DNA of 63,717 nucleotides, filler included, from Trypethelium eluteriae (lineage: Eukaryota), in assembly GCA_051942245.1 (NCBI GenBank). It is 3 parts of 3 records of this genome, joined end to end, with 100 filler letters (N's around TTAATTAATTAA, not from the genome) between each part and the next. Parts side by side here need not be neighbours in the genome. Positions count along the whole stretch, not along the records: positions 21,345 to 42,576 come from JAVECL010000477.1; 2 more parts are not named here. One strand, written 5' to 3'. A program made the translations under genes and the position numbers. Position 1 is the first letter of the stretch, and each line of letters begins with the position of its first letter. Shown in pieces: positions 27,126-38,995 of the stretch. Below the pieces are notes generated by a model that did not search any database, was not told the origin of the DNA, and saw only the letters and a program-made list of their open reading frames with translations.

Positions 27126-28779
27126 AATTTTAGAAATGTTGACTGTCTTCATTGTCAAGCCTAGGAACGAGAATGAACAAGACAATGTGTACCGCAGGAT
27201 CACGTGCTGGATCGTGACAGCTCGACGCATTTTATAGAGGTGTTCGACGTCTCTGCCGTTTGTCGAGTCGGTACTTGTCCCCATCCGAGGATTGGGGTGA
27301 CCTCCAATCCCGAGGCCGTGCCCTAATGCTAAACCTAGCCGGCTCAAGGGAATTTTCAGAGAGAGACGTTACTCATAATCCACTGCTGGACCGATAATCT
27401 TACTGAGGGACTCTTGGATCCTAAAGTAGAAAAGTGACTGTCGCACTATAACGACTCGATCTCACCTACTTCGTTCTTCTGTTCTTTGTCTGTAGTCCTC
27501 ACTCTTTCAATTTCAATGGAAAGTGAACGGTTGATCTTATTCCGGTTTTCTAGTTGGGGCAACCCCCAATAAGAAGCAATCAGCGATCTGCAGTACCATC
27601 CGAAGCAAGCTATAAGCTAAATTCTTAGCAAATCACATACAAATTGTCTCTAATAGTGCGGCCGATTGCCATTCCTCCATGGCGAGAAGCAATTCATGGT
27701 GCAGCCATCTTCGCATTCAAGAATTTTGCGCTCCTTGTTACGGCATGGGACAATTCTCGCCTCTTGGTTTGTCCATATGCACTTTGAGGAGTGCGGACAT
27801 AAGGTGTGAGAGGTTGACAGAAATCTTCACTGGGGCCCTCCTGGCTTATACGGAGTGAGAATGGGATTGTCGTACGTAGTACTCTTGAGAGCCCTTTTCT
27901 TTTGTCGGATTTCTGCAGTACCATTCCATTCGAGAAGACCGGATCGAAAAGTCTCAACCAACTTTCATATCCCGCAACATAAGGCGACCAAATTTTTAGG
28001 TCAGCGAGCAGACTCTAGAGCTTGGCAACATTAGTGGTGACCGGAGTTCCTATCTCTATATAGCCAGAGAAAGACATCTAGGTGAACTTTTTTTGTATAC
28101 TACTGATAGCTTTTTTTTGTCATGGTTATGGATAGAGGACCCCTGGTGGAGACACGGAGTAGGGTCACGGGATGTGCAGAGTCACAGTCACGTGCATGCG
28201 AAGGACTTGGAAGCGAAGCACACGATGTAGATTTAGGACCTCGTGCTTAGATTTCCGTAAATATCAATATAGAGCTATTCAGCTTCATTTGCGTCCCTGA
28301 CATTTTTTTTCTTTAGAGATGGCAGAGCATTATCTTGGCTGAAATAGAGTATGCCAAGGATACCGCGGCCGCAATCTGCAATTCGCCCAAATCCAAGGAC
28401 GATTGCTTTTTTTTGCACATCGTCAATGGCGATACTACCGGCTACATCCAGAAGAATTTCTCGAGCAAGAGCCCAAAAGGCAAGCATAATAGATTTGGAC
28501 ATCATGTGCAAGTTTTTCTTAGCAAATCTCTAATAAGTTCTTCTAAATCCATTCTTTTAGCATTATGCATCATTTTATGCATCCTGAAGACTATGAAAAA
28601 GATAGTGAGATAGCCCATCTTTGCCGGCGCGGAAAGGCAAACCGGAGTCAGGATGTTTTAGTCTGCTGCGTAAATGGCTTACATACCCAAAAATGCAGCC
28701 ATGGCGAGAATTTAAAGACAAATCGACGTGCCAATGGCTGTTGTTCCCTCCATTCTGGTTCTTCGTGTCATCCAATAAC

Positions 28780-31700
28780 CTAGCTAACCTCTACAATCAC
28801 CGTCTCATATGGCACCACCGTAACTTCACCTACAAGTCCATATTCCTGCGGTCCTGGCACTCCGACTGCAGGCGCCACCCCACTTGTCCGCAGTTGCCCC
28901 CAGATCGGTCTCAACACATTTACCAATGTCGTACTTACAATAGCCTGCAGCTCGTTGGTGCCCTCGACAAGATACGACGAGATATCGGCTGTGGCGTGTG
29001 TGGTATCGGGGGGTTGAAGTGCGTACCCGTTGATCGAAGCGCGTACAGTGTGGATGACGGGACCGAAGTCGATAAGAGCGCCAAGGGGAGAGGAAGAATT
29101 GGAATTATTGCTTTCCGGAGGCCAAGTGAAAGTGGTACTATAGTAGCCTCGCCCACTGACGTTCTGAAGACCGGGGATCGATTGCCAGGATACAAGATCT
29201 GGGAGGAGGTGGGTGGTGTTGGTCTTTATGGCAATAGTAGAGATGTCCGAGAGATTGGTGGGTGGTTCCCAGTGCTCAGCCAGTAAGATCCAATTGTGAA
29301 GAGTAAATGGAGATGCAGATGTGGATGGGAGACTTTGGATGCTACCATTGGACAAAAGTATGCTGGGTAATCCAGATCCTGACCCAATTTTGAGTGCCAG
29401 ACCGGACGAGGAGTTGGAGGAGATCCCAAGGATGTGCGGAGAGGCTGATTCAAGATGCTGGGATAATTGGGTCGAAGTAGCATTCATGAGTTTGTGAAAA
29501 GCCACAATGGTAGATTGATTTCCTGCTAGATGGAAGTATACTGATGTCGTGTTGCTAGTCTGAGTATAGTTCAATAGCTGTGACTGTTCACCAGTCCAGG
29601 CATCGTACTCATACGGTATGCCAACAGACTCGAATTCGATCGTAGCTGTGGTGGAACCTTGGCCAAGACTATTTCCAGCGGCATCATTGTATACGAAGAT
29701 GTAATCAATATCATTCTCGTCATCATGCCGCCAGGAAGTATATAATTGGTCGTTTGTGACGTTGTATTTTGCTCGTGGCGAGATTCCAATGGATGCGATG
29801 CTTTGGGCCAGCCCTTCGTATGGCACGACATGGACATTTGGTAAATTAATTAAGCTTTGGATCGTTTGGTTAACATAAGCGGCACCACTCTGGTTAAAAT
29901 TGGCAAGATAGGACGGAGGACCTCCTGAGAATATTATCGGAAATCCTGCATTAGCAAATGCGGCCAGTTTCGTGGTACCCTCAACAGTCAGTGAATCATT
30001 GGCTCTGATGATCATCGCTTTGAAGGCTTGATAATTTGGAGCAAGAACTCCATTTTGCACGTATGCTTCCGGAAGGTTGAAATTATTCGGACTGATATAC
30101 TCGTAGGTGTATCCAAAATTTGCAAGATCGGGGAGCATGTAATTGGATCCCCTGTGTCCGGGATATGTTGTGAAGTATTGATAAAAGGCAAGATCTATCT
30201 TCGGTACGCCGGACTGGAAGATATATGAGAGGCGGGCGGTGAAGTTGAGAGGATCCGAATAATAATCCCAAGCCGGTTGATGACGGCCATGCATTTCGGA
30301 GTATGAATAATTAAATGTCGCAAACGATGGCCATGTTGTGTTGCCATACTAATCCAAGTTAATTGTATATCGTTTAGATATCGGCTCAACAACTTACATT
30401 TCCAGAATATGGATATCCGTGGAACACAAACTGATTGATTCCACCTGCAATAGACCGTTTCACATGCCACATCAGTTCAGTCAAAGTCTGTTGGAACGCT
30501 TCATTAGAGACCGCTCCACACTCCGAGGATACAATTCGTTTTCCTGCTAGATGTGCGGGTCCTGTGTACTGTCGATATGCATCGATATCATCACTAAAAT
30601 CGAGTGATTCGCATTCTGGAGCATCCACAACAGGAATGTTCTGCTGCATATCCATGGCTAGATTATAAGATATTTGCGCAGAGTACTGGACATCCAGGTA
30701 TTGCTCTGCCCAAGAATTGAGTGCACCAAGATACTCCCCGTACAAGTCCGTGAGGGTCGCTCTGTAGTCTGCAATATGACTATTACCCGCATCTGGTTCA
30801 TCTGTAATCCACCAGATCGGTTCGGAAGGGGCTCCAAACCATCTCTGATTCTGGTGAAAGAGCAGAGGAAGCCATTTATTGATAGAATAACCGAACTTGG
30901 TGCTGAAGGCTTCGGGTAAGTCTCGAGTCCAATAGACATAGGGATTGATCTCTACGCTGTCCTCCCATCCATAATTACCAACTTCCATAAGGAGTTCTTT
31001 TGTTCCATTTACCAAAAGGCAATTCTCCCAGAAATTGGTCACTGTTTGAGCTCCAAGGACAGAAAAGTGGTCAACCGTCCAAGAACCATTGTGTACAAAA
31101 TCTTGGGCTGGAGTTTGTGGACCTTTGAGCGTGACTGGATCAGCCGCAGTACGTTCCTGTTCCCGAACGAGATAGATGGCGAATAAATTGTACTCAATCC
31201 CCTCCTTGTCGGCAGGAAATTGTATCGATAATGATCCGTCTGCCTCGACCATGTTAGTGATATCTTGCAGAGTGCTATTGGCCAATGTCTTCTGCAATCG
31301 ATTCGCGGCAAGGTCGTTCGGAAGTGACGGAGCTACACCAGAGGCATTGACTTCGGAGGTAACTAGACCTGTCACAACCGCTTGTAGCACTCCATTTCCC
31401 CAGCCAGGTATAGTGCCATTAAAGGAATCGCCGATGGGAATGGAGACGTTGTAAGCGTTGATATCCCACATCAAGCCATCGTTGTCTGGATCGGCAGGTA
31501 CACCTTGACCTTGATTTGGACCCATGGCGAAGTCCATAATCATTCCATTATCCTTGTGTGCTTGGGCCACAACATCGAACACCTGCTCTGTATGGTAATG
31601 GTCAGGAGAGATACCCAATGTCATTAGTAGACTACTTACTCCATGCTGGAGTGCCCCAGCCATAAACCTCCCAATTGGTCGGAGCGAAATTACCTGGAGC

Positions 31701-32006
31701 ACTATTGTAGAGATAGTATCCGAGGACTTCTACACCTCCGGCTCCGGCAGCTTTTGCAGCCGCGACGTCTTGAGTAGCTTGCTCCTGATCAATCGAGGCA
31801 TCGGGAATCCAATACCTGAAGCGTGGTCGGACGTTTACAGATGGGTTTTGGAAAGTACCTGCGTCAATTGCGGCATTGACGAATGAATCTGTATGGTTTT
31901 TCGGGAGGCAAAGCACGAGGCTGAAAGAAAGCGCAAGAAAACTCAAGCCAAGCTTGGGATGGGATACGTCAACATGGGAATCATTGAAATGATGGAAACG
32001 AGACAT
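28780..32006 (-). CDS. Secreted glycoside hydrolase, GH106 (alpha-L-rhamnosidase)-like
   Basis: FQNPSVNVRPRFRYWIPDAS, DFAMGPNQGQGVPA, VDHFS, WEDSVEI, PECESL, SSECGA, GINQFVFHGYPYSG; introns near 31587-31639 and 30345-30396. Start codon uncertain. Confidence 0.82.
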
Positions 32007-32620
32007 ACAAAGAACATGATGAGAGCCTACAGCAAGTCCAAATCTGCGTTGAAGGCTACAACCGTTCATATACCCATGTGAATTGCCTCAAAGAAATTTC
32101 ACCACCTCAGCTTTGTGCTCTCCAACAACACCATCCTCTGAAAGTGCAGCGGCGAACATCAAGATAAACTTTGGATCACCCGTCATCGCTCCGCACCTTC
32201 GGCTCATTGATGAGGCGAAAGGAAGCTAGTATCTTGTTCCTGGCTCTAAGATCTCTGGCTGCAAATTGCGGCCCCGGATAAAGTCCATGGATCAGCGGGC
32301 TTGCCGGATATAGTGGAGTACCTTCTTGGAAAAATGCCCAGGCATCCCCCATGACATAAAATGTGTCAGACCAAGGAATGAGAATAACAAGACATTAGTT
32401 GAGTTGGCAAAAAGAATGCGAAGGTCTAGCTCCTCGCGTACCTCCAGATAAATATGGGTGAGGTGGGCAAAATGAATGAATCTCAGGAGGTACGTGCCCG
32501 TGCTATGAGATCACGTGCAAGACTGACACCACCACCACCTGCCCTTCTCTAAAGCAAGCTCTTGCGCAGCGAGGATCTGATTTAATTCCTTTCTACTCCG
32601 TTCTACGCAGGTAGATACCG

Positions 32621-33047
32621 CAGGGTTACTGAGCCGTGTTCTTCCCAGCCCTAAATTGGGTAGTGGGCACGTTGTAAATGCCCAGCACTTGCTACGGTCT
32701 AGCCTAGTCGATAGAGGGGTGCTAAACCGCGTGGTTCCCAGCCCTAAAGTAGCTTTAGGGTAGTGAGCCGCGTTTGGTATGTAAAGCCTTGCTCAACAGG
32801 AGTTTAATCGGTCGCGTTCAAGTATCCCCTCTAAACTTGTGCACAACAGTTCCGTGTCGAGCAGAACTTACGCTGCTATATCCACAGAGATGTCCGATTC
32901 CAGTGCTTTCCTCGTAAGCCAGCGCAACAGTTCACCCAGGTGTTCCTGATTCCACTCCTAAAGGTTTCGGAGGGGTGCTGAACCGCGTGATTCCCAGCCC
33001 CCTTTCAAGGGTAGTGGGCCGCGTTTGGTGTGAACAGTCCTTGCTCC
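32621..33047 (+). repeat. Three related ~75-80 nt hairpin units (A 32621-32694, B 32714-32794, C 32970-33047)
   Basis: Shared core TTCCCAGCCC-(variable stem-loop)-GGGTAGTGRGC; B and C also share GAGGGGTGCTRAACCGCGTG and CGCGTTTGGTRTG..CCTTGCTC. Confidence 0.85.
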
Positions 33048-34102
33048 AGCTTCATCAGGTCACAGGTCGTTACGCTGCTGTGGGAAAACCTTCATCTTCT
33101 TCTGGTGGAACCCAATCGTCTGGTACTCGGCGGTCCGGTGACCGCGGCTTCTCCGGGTTATTATAGTGGGGATCATTGCCGTAATCTCAAATTGCAATGT
33201 GTTCTCGTGCAATTGAATTCGGTAGGATTGTTTTGTCACGGCTGTAAAGCAAGTGATTAAAGAGTAGCTTATATTCTGGGTAATGACCTGTAAGCTACGC
33301 AAAGATGCCAGATACGGGGGCACCTAGGCGTGGATATATATCCTAATTGCAGCGCTAGTGGCAGCTGACTGTCACGGTTGTGAGGGATAGACCTCATATC
33401 TGTGATAGCCCTCAGAAAGTCCCGCGAAACGTTTGTCTAACTACATCCAAGGTTTTTTACCTTGACTAATTCTAACAATTTGACAATGGTGGGGATGGAG
33501 TATATCAGGCTGTGTTTCATGGAGCAAACGCCAAACGCTTTAGGAACTTAGACACTGGATCTTTCGTTGTTCTCGCAGGAATTACGAAATTGCTCCGTTC
33601 CTACAAGCTCAGCATTGTTCATTGGTGATAGAGCTACAGCAACGTTGTCAATCACACATCCGATTTCCAAGAAACTATCAGTACCACATTCCTCCGCTTC
33701 GGAACCCCTCAATGCGTGACCGGACAAATCGAGAGATCTAGGAAAGATTGTGGAAGCAGTACGGCACTATAGTCACGTCTACAAGTTACTCGATATCAGG
33801 CTTTCCGAAAAGATTTTTGATAGCCTAGAGAATGAAGACCTATTAAATCAGTCGTCATGATTATCAAGTCGTTCCTTAATCATAGCAAAGCTTCCATCCT
33901 CGCACTGAAAACTGGAGTGTGCCATTAAGCGAAGGAAAATATAATAATAAGCCACTCAAGCCTACTCGGCACTTAAGCAAAGTTTTGAAGCACTGAATGA
34001 GAATATGTAAGTTACGAAATCTTTTCAATATTAGTTCGATTTGGAACAACTGCAACAATATTATAGTAAATGGTTGCTGACCTTGGCCGTGATACCACAA
34101 GC

Positions 34103-34406
34103 TCAGTGCGAGCACGTGCCACAAGTGTTGCACCCAGGTTGGTCGCAGTAAAAGATGTCACAATCTTCCAGGCACTGATTATTTCCTTCACCGTTTTCTG
34201 CACACCACTGTTGTTTATGATAAGTACAATACGGGCTCATAGTTTGATGGGAATTGCTGGACGCGTACAGTGATGCAAGAAGATAGGAAGATGTCGCATG
34301 ATTCAGGGCATCCACCATCCCGTGGCTCTGGGTGAGTGCCTGGAATGGCGAAGCCGATGCCCATAAGGGCTGCGATAGTGAGAAAGACAATTGAGGTGTG
34401 CATCAT
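34103..34406 (-). CDS. Small secreted cysteine-rich peptide (about 80 aa, 10 Cys)
   Basis: Removing intron 34208-34268 (GTACGC..CAG) gives MMHTSIVFLTIAALMGIGFA-IPGTHPEPR-DGGCPESCDIFLSSCITWCAENGEGNNQCLEDCDIFYCDQPGCNTCGTCSH*. TATATA about 100 bp upstream. A further 3' intron cannot be excluded. Confidence 0.75.
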
Positions 34407-35480
34407 GATAATGTCCAAGGTGTCGGGAGGAAAGCTAGGAGACGCTTTGAGAAGAAGTTGTCTTCAGTCGAATATGGAGGGTGGACTATCATTAGCGGCT
34501 GAAGGTCTATATAAAGGTGTCTTGGGGTTAGAAAGTTGCGCACGTGGAATCGAGTGTGATCACGTTGGGCACTGCGCCGAGGGACCCACAGCTCACTCTT
34601 TGTGTCTTTGTAAATTTCTCATATCAGAGGTTACAGTGCTCAGAGGGCATGTGATTGAGCTCTTGCACTCGGATGAAGCCGCTTCAGATATATAGATTTG
34701 TGATGTTCGCAGGACATGAGCAAATTACGTTATTTCTCCCGTACCTAAGTTATCAACAATGAGCAATCACAAGCATTGTAGCCTCGACCACTGTGGCAGG
34801 ATATATTAGAGTCCTGCTGATGCGTCTAGCCGGTATCCGTGATAAACGCAGTCTGCGCTGAATCATCAAGCCCTCGATTTGGGAGTCTTCATGGAGATCC
34901 CCGCCGCCCAGTCTGCTCTTCCATCCAAATTCCCAGAATCTTGTTTCGATAGCGAGCTATATTCATGGGCAAAGCGACCTCATGTAAATTCCATTTCTGC
35001 TTTCGGGCATGAGCTGCACTGGGGGTGTATCTTGAACGATTAGTCAGCAGCTGGAGTTGAGGCTGCGCTGTCGTCAGCCAGGATAGACAGAGCCTGAGCT
35101 TGTACGATCCGGTACTGACGGTGCCTGGAATCAGGCCCGTCATCTCGTACTCTCACCGGATTAGGGGGAGCCCACTTTGCGGACCCTCATAGTTACATCT
35201 TATCTAACAAACCACCAAACTTCAAAAGTAGCGTTTCAAGGGCTTTGGGCCAATCGTATCGTCACTAAGAATGAAGAATTAATTCCCATGTAATAAGACT
35301 ACCGCAATATAACAGCCTGCTCATGCGTGCTGTTGTCCAGCGATCCGGTCCACGCTTCCTCTTGGTATACCGCAATCCGAATCTTGACACTTCTATCACC
35401 TACGGCGCCATGGTAGTGGATTATGGCACAACGAAAAACTTTGTCTTGGTATTTCCGTGAATGGACGGGGAATGTCTCCT

Positions 35481-36487
35481 CTACTGAAGTAAAGTGTCTT
35501 GATTGTAAAGATGAGAATCGTACGCGGTCTCTCCAATGGGATTGCCAGCCATCCATCTCAAAAGCATGTAGGCTTCAGCGTTGGGTTCATTGGTGTCAAG
35601 ATTCAGCGGTCGGGACTGGCGGATAAAGACGCGGTTGCCGTGGAAATGCACTTGCGTGATAGTCGCAGCGCAGTCGTGCTGAAAAGTGATTATCAGGACC
35701 TGCCAAGGAGCCGATTAGCAGGTCTCTAGAGCCACAAGCTATCAAAGAAAGCGAGCCCTACCGGTATTGTGTGATGGTCTACGAAGTGCTTGCTTCGAAT
35801 TTGGCGCTTCATGAGCGTAAGGGCAGTAATAACGACGCTCCGGGGAACCTGGGTGCCGGACACGGTCGAGTCGATCACAGCACAGGTCATGTGTGGGATA
35901 CAGCCATCGCGGACAGTGCGGGCATGGTCGCCAAGGAATCCGAGGTAGTCTTCACGAACCAAGCCGTCGTGGTCATTTCTGTACGCGTAGCCTTCAAAAA
36001 AGGGAAGCTTGTTCCGTCCATCCATTTCCCTGGTCCTAGTAAGTACAAGACTCCAAAGGAGCACCAGGGCTGCTGAGACCTACACGTCGCACCACCTCGT
36101 CTCGTCGATGACATAAAAGTGCATAGTTCGGTCCAACCATCTCAACCGGAAATCAGCTTCCGAAAATGGATCACATGTGTACCAGCCTGTTGACTTTGTG
36201 GAGACATGACATGGTTCTTGCCACGAGTCTGCCGTCGTTTTGACCGACTCTGGCAACGTGTTTGTCGGAAAAGGTGCAAAGTACCGAGGTCCAGAGTCGT
36301 CAGAGACGTTGCCATCAACATCAAGGTCGTCAAGTCGTTGAATGGAGAATGAGCGGAGTTGTTCGTCGTCTAACGTGGGAGTGTGTAAAGATTCGGCTTC
36401 CTGTTCAATGGCGCATAATTTATAGAAATAATTTCGTTGAGTCTCTTGACGGGCTCTGATTTTGAGAGACTCTGGAGAGCTAGACAT
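35481..36487 (-). CDS. Hypothetical fungal protein (three exons)
   Basis: Introns about 36036-36083 and 35700-35761 join three ORFs in frame: ..PHMTCAVIDS..RSVVITALTLMKRQ..HHTIP|VLIITFQH..ITQVHF..FIRQSRPLNL..LLRWMAGNPIGET. Confidence 0.7.
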
Positions 36488-36959
36488 CTCGTGTGGTTGA
36501 TTGGGAAGTTTGGGGAGATCTGGTCGAAAATGATCTGAAGTGTCGCGCCTGGCGTGTTGTGTATAAACAATTGTTACCGCAGTAACAAACTTCTGTACAT
36601 ACCTTGTACCGCCTTTCAAGTCACACCAGACTAAAATCAAACACCATTGATTTTTGAAAAGATGCGGCAGCAGCTTCTAAATAAGAACAACTGACAAGGT
36701 ATTCATGGACATACTTGACTACTATGAAAAGCATTCGAGCATATCGCGCGCGGCTGCAGTGTACCACAGGATGCTCCCTGTCCAATCATCCCGTGGACGT
36801 TGGTGGAATCTAAAACAGGTTGAGCATTTACAACTTTCCTCAGCGCTACCTCACTACGCGCAGAATGTATAACCAGAAATGCTAGACACGATACTTGCTC
36901 TAACTCACTCTGTCCCTTCGTTCTAAATCTTCATTGCACAAGTTATTCCCATCGCACTA

Positions 36960-38444
36960 ATGAACCTTCCCAGGACCCCTAGCACCCCACAGGAATGGGA
37001 AACAGGAATGTTGCGAAATGGACTTGATCCAAATTCGCTATCCATTTCTGCAACAAATTCCGGAGCATTCCATTCGGCCTCTAAATTGACCGAAACCGAT
37101 TTCCTTCATCTCAAGGCGCTGTGGGTGAACGTGCAGGTGGATAAGTTCAAAGTTTCCGACTTTGTCGAACCTCAAATAAAGAAAAAAGCCGATTCAGAAG
37201 AATTTTCAGATCTCGTTGGTGGTGTTAAAGAGAACGCATCTAATGATCCACACCTTCGCTTTCACCAGAGAAATCTGCCAGGGGACATGTTTACACTCTT
37301 TCATTACTTTAGGCACTTGATCGACAAGCGCGCAGCGAAGCACATGGACGAACTAGATGCGACACCAAAGGTTACCAAACTACGTCCCCGACCGGACAGA
37401 CCAGGAGTTCATGACGTCGCAGCATCATTGGAACGGATAGGACTTGGCAACCCTGTCACTCCGGAGCAGAGAGGGATCTCCAAGGCATATAACTTCACTC
37501 CAGTGTCTCCGGCAACACCCTCGTCGTCCCCGTCGACCGGCTACGAGGCGATCGTGAACATGGCTCTGGTTTCCCTACTGAGTCTCATCAGGCTTCAATC
37601 TGAGTGCCTTGAAGTTGGCCACTGGTTATCAGATCCAAAGTCTTTCACTCTACATAATCAGCAACGTCAACCTTTATTAAATGCTCGGGTAGACGGCTAT
37701 CTCCATCTAGCAGGTCAAGAAGCTGTGTTTGGCATTCTGGAAGTTAAGCCCTGTGTTCGTAACGATCGTAAGAAGCGAACACAGATTGAATGGCAAGAGA
37801 CTGCCCAAATGGCCGCTTGGATCTCTGAAACACCTGGACGTGATGCACCTGGGGTCTTTAAACCTCCGCAAGGTCCGTCTAATTCAATGCGGTTAGTAAC
37901 ACACATATTCCTTTTGTCCTTAGACAGAATTAATCGCTCCAAAGTTTTCAGCACTAATTAAGGGAAATGAAGGCGGCTATTGATCTCCCAGGATCGACAC
38001 GAGATCTGGATTACTGTCGCTGAGTATGACGAGGAGTATGAGAATTATATATGTGATGGTCGAGATGTTAGAACAGCACAGAACCAACCGCCAGCATATG
38101 TAGAAGAGGATTTAGTAACGCCGACCCGATCTAAACGGCCGGCACTGGGACGTCCCGCATATTTTATGGAGACAAAAAGCACTCCTTCGGATGTTCTAGG
38201 AGCAAATAAGACCCAAAACTTGGGGCATGAGTTGTCACATGGCTCAAAAGCGCAAGAACAAGATAGCAGCGAGAGAGAAGAGGCTGTATTTGAGCAGCAA
38301 GAGGCTGGAGTAATGCAACTTTGCCAGAAAAGAGAATGTAGCTCCTCTCCCGACCGAGCTAAGGCTGGATTCCTGGAAATGAAATGCTTTGGGCCTTTTC
38401 ACATTGGGAGACATACAAGTGTAATGTCATGGTCCAGCACGTGA
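36960..38444 (+). CDS. Hypothetical protein with PD-(D/E)xK nuclease-like motif
   Basis: YEAIVNMALVSLL..ARVDGYL..FGILEVKP..QETAQMAAWI | RRLLISQDRHEIWITVAEYDEEY..FLEMKCFGPF; intron 37892-37972. Confidence 0.7.
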
Positions 38445-38729
38445 TGTTCATTTCGCTTGTATATAGTCGCTGCGCAGCAGCTCTAACTAGGCCTTTGTGT
38501 AACCTTTTGCCAATATAGCTAATGTCTTGTTTTCACGTCCTCAGACCTGATACCGCATTCCCTTCTCGCAGGAGCAGGGATGTTATAATTCTGGATAAAG
38601 GTTGCACAAAGGCCTAGCTAGGGCTGCTGCGCAGCAATTATATACAAGCAAGCAGCCTGCGCACGTGCATGCGCCTAGGCATGCACGTGCAGCTAGGCGA
38701 AATAAAACATCACATGCTAGACCATAACA
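38424..38729. repeat. Degenerate inverted duplication with an inserted palindrome
   Basis: 38456-38507 is the reverse complement of 38597-38648, and 38424-38456 of 38697-38729; 12-bp perfect IR GCACGTGCATGC..GCATGCACGTGC at 38661-38690. Confidence 0.85.
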
Positions 38730-38995
38730 ACCTGTTCACGTGTGTGGCGGGTTTGCTTCTCTGCCTCTATCATTGATGTATCACGTGCCCATTTCACGTG
38801 ATCGTCATGCCACGTGCTGTGACTCTATAGCACGTCACGTGTCAAAGATTTCGGCGAGGTGGCTGGGATTATGTTAGCTTTTAGCGCTTGATGCGTGGCC
38901 AATCAGTCACATGTCAAGGCCCACGTGACAGATCACGTGTTCTACTTCTGTGATACACTACACCATGTTGGGTAATCACGTGTCAGCATCACGTG
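38662..38995. repeat. CACGTG (E-box) array in the putative rDNA spacer
   Basis: 11 exact CACGTG copies plus two CACATG in about 335 bp. Confidence 0.85.

Noticed and set aside
28275..28620. AT-rich short ORFs as a transposon relic
   Set aside because: No transposase motifs or terminal repeats recognisable.
32621..33047. Twister, HDV or H/ACA identity for the hairpins (GGTTCCCAGCCC resembles twister L4 and HDV P2/P3)
   Set aside because: The required pseudoknots and P4 pairing cannot be built, and there is no H or ACA box at 14-16 nt.
32621..33047. CRISPR-like repeat-spacer array
   Set aside because: Eukaryotic context, three degenerate units, irregular spacing, no cas genes.
33349..33500. 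Strong hairpin (CTGTCACGG..TGAGG/CCTCA..TCTGTGATAG) followed by GAAAGTCCC, reminiscent of RNase MRP P3/CR-I
   Set aside because: No matching CR-V (GGGGCTnA-like) partner or CR-IV found at a plausible distance; needs a covariance search.
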